Positions 63,190 through 64,000 of a stretch of 64,000 nt of DNA are shown here, piece by piece. The number at the start of each line of letters is the position of its first letter. The stretch's first letter is position 1. Below the pieces are notes generated by a model, which was not told where the DNA came from, did no database searches, and was given only the letters and a program-made list of their open reading frames with translations. This DNA is from a virus (lineage: Duplodnaviria; Caudoviricetes). The DNA is taken from the IMG/VR virus record IMGVR_UViG_2758568729_000001, positions 32,001 to 96,000 of that record; one strand, 5' to 3'. A program made the translations under genes and the position numbers.

Positions 63190-64000
63190 GGGATGAACTC
63201 CTCAAAGTGCGAGGCGGTCCAATTCCGCACGGGCGTACCTTCGGTCACATAGTGGGAGTAGAACCACCGTCCGGGTGCTTTCCCTTGCCGGTGATACGTT
63301 TGCCCGCTGATGTGCCACACGTTGCTGTCGTCGAATATCTGGTTGAATCCGGGGGTGATTTCGTTGGCCCACGGGCCGGAGATGAACCTCAGCCCGAAAC
63401 GGTTGCGCCTGTAGAACAGGTTGTAGGTGACGAAGGTGCCCCGAGAAACGGTCTGGGGACTCTCGACCCCGGCCCGGACGATCAGGTTGCAGCCGTCGCC
63501 GTAGTTGTCGTCGAAGGCGAACCAGCTACAGTCGCCGGTCATGTGGCCCACGATGGTGATGGCGTTCGCCACGTCGGCGAGCAACGGGCTTGGGGTGTCC
63601 TGGCCGCCTGTGTACATGTCGAACCGGTTGAACCGCACGGCCGCGTTGTCACCGGAGGTGATTTGGTGTGAGTCGCAGTGACCGCCTGGCGCCTTTTGTA
63701 GGCTGTGGGTCCAGCAGAACTCGATCAGCGTGTCCTTGCCGGTCTTGAACGCGTCATTGCCGCAGTGGTACACCTCGCAGTACCGGGCGGTGTACGACCC
63801 GTACGGGGGGATCGCGGCGGACACCGAAAGCCCGCACTCGATCTCGCAGTACGACATGTTGAAACCGGGGTAGGTGTCGCTTGTCGCGATGACGTACTTC
63901 CCGGACCCGACAATTTCCCGACCGGAGATCCGGCAGTACCGCATCGTCACATTCGGGGCGGAGATCTTGACCTGTCCGACCATGTCGATGTACTCGACCA
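63186..64000 (-). CDS. Right-handed beta-helix (pectin-lyase-like) virion protein, 5' end outside window
   Basis: Periodic V/I.(R/S)YC.I repeats, H.D..Q; frame open to window edge. Confidence 0.65.
   Translation of the reverse strand, partial: VEYIDMVGQVKISAPNVTMRYCRISGREIVGSGKYVIATSDTYPGFNMSYCEIECGLSVSAAIPPYGSYTARYCEVYHCGNDAFKTGKDTLIEFCWTHSLQKAPGGHCDSHQITSGDNAAVRFNRFDMYTGGQDTPSPLLADVANAITIVGHMTGDCSWFAFDDNYGDGCNLIVRAGVESPQTVSRGTFVTYNLFYRRNRFGLRFISGPWANEITPGFNQIFDDSNVWHISGQTYHRQGKAPGRWFYSHYVTEGTPVRNWTASHFEEFIP

Larger units (their letters stand above)
1..64000. mobile_element. Part of an actinobacterial siphovirus-type phage/prophage carrying a TraB-type conjugation module (phage-plasmid-like)
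   Basis: Tail/lysis operon at 45-64 kb, dense small early genes, iteron-containing rep gene, FtsK/TraB locus; no intact host housekeeping genes. Confidence 0.85.

Overview
High-GC actinobacterial mobile element, probably from a Micromonosporaceae host (inferred from gene content). It combines a siphovirus late region with a Streptomyces-type TraB conjugation module, so it looks like a conjugative phage-plasmid or prophage. No integrase, terminase or capsid gene is visible in this window. Layout: (1) 1-1.8 kb, minus strand: a replication-initiator-like gene with internal iterons, an HTH-HNH gene and a small repressor. (2) 1.9-25.4 kb, plus strand: about 50 mostly small early genes in cassettes. 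Eight cassettes start with a pair of AACTTGRTAGATGT boxes 39-41 bp apart, and a ninth promoter has one box. The cargo includes a DpdA/TGT-like transglycosylase, a Mom-like DNA-modifying GNAT, a stand-alone DUF262, a YgjP-like peptidase and a 48-nt tRNA-like element with only an acceptor stem, T-arm and CCA. (3) 25.4-34.5 kb: an XRE-NUDIX-like gene, a BldC-like regulator, spread/transfer genes, clt-like repeats and traB. (4) 34.5-44.8 kb: accessory cassettes (XRE regulator, secreted S1 protease with a pro-domain-like lipoprotein, AlpA-like regulators, a Ro60/TROVE 3' fragment). (5) 45-64 kb, minus strand: lysis genes, minor tail proteins, tape measure, HNH, frameshifting tail chaperone, major tail, neck and fibre-like genes. 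All family calls come from motif recognition by eye, not from database searches.
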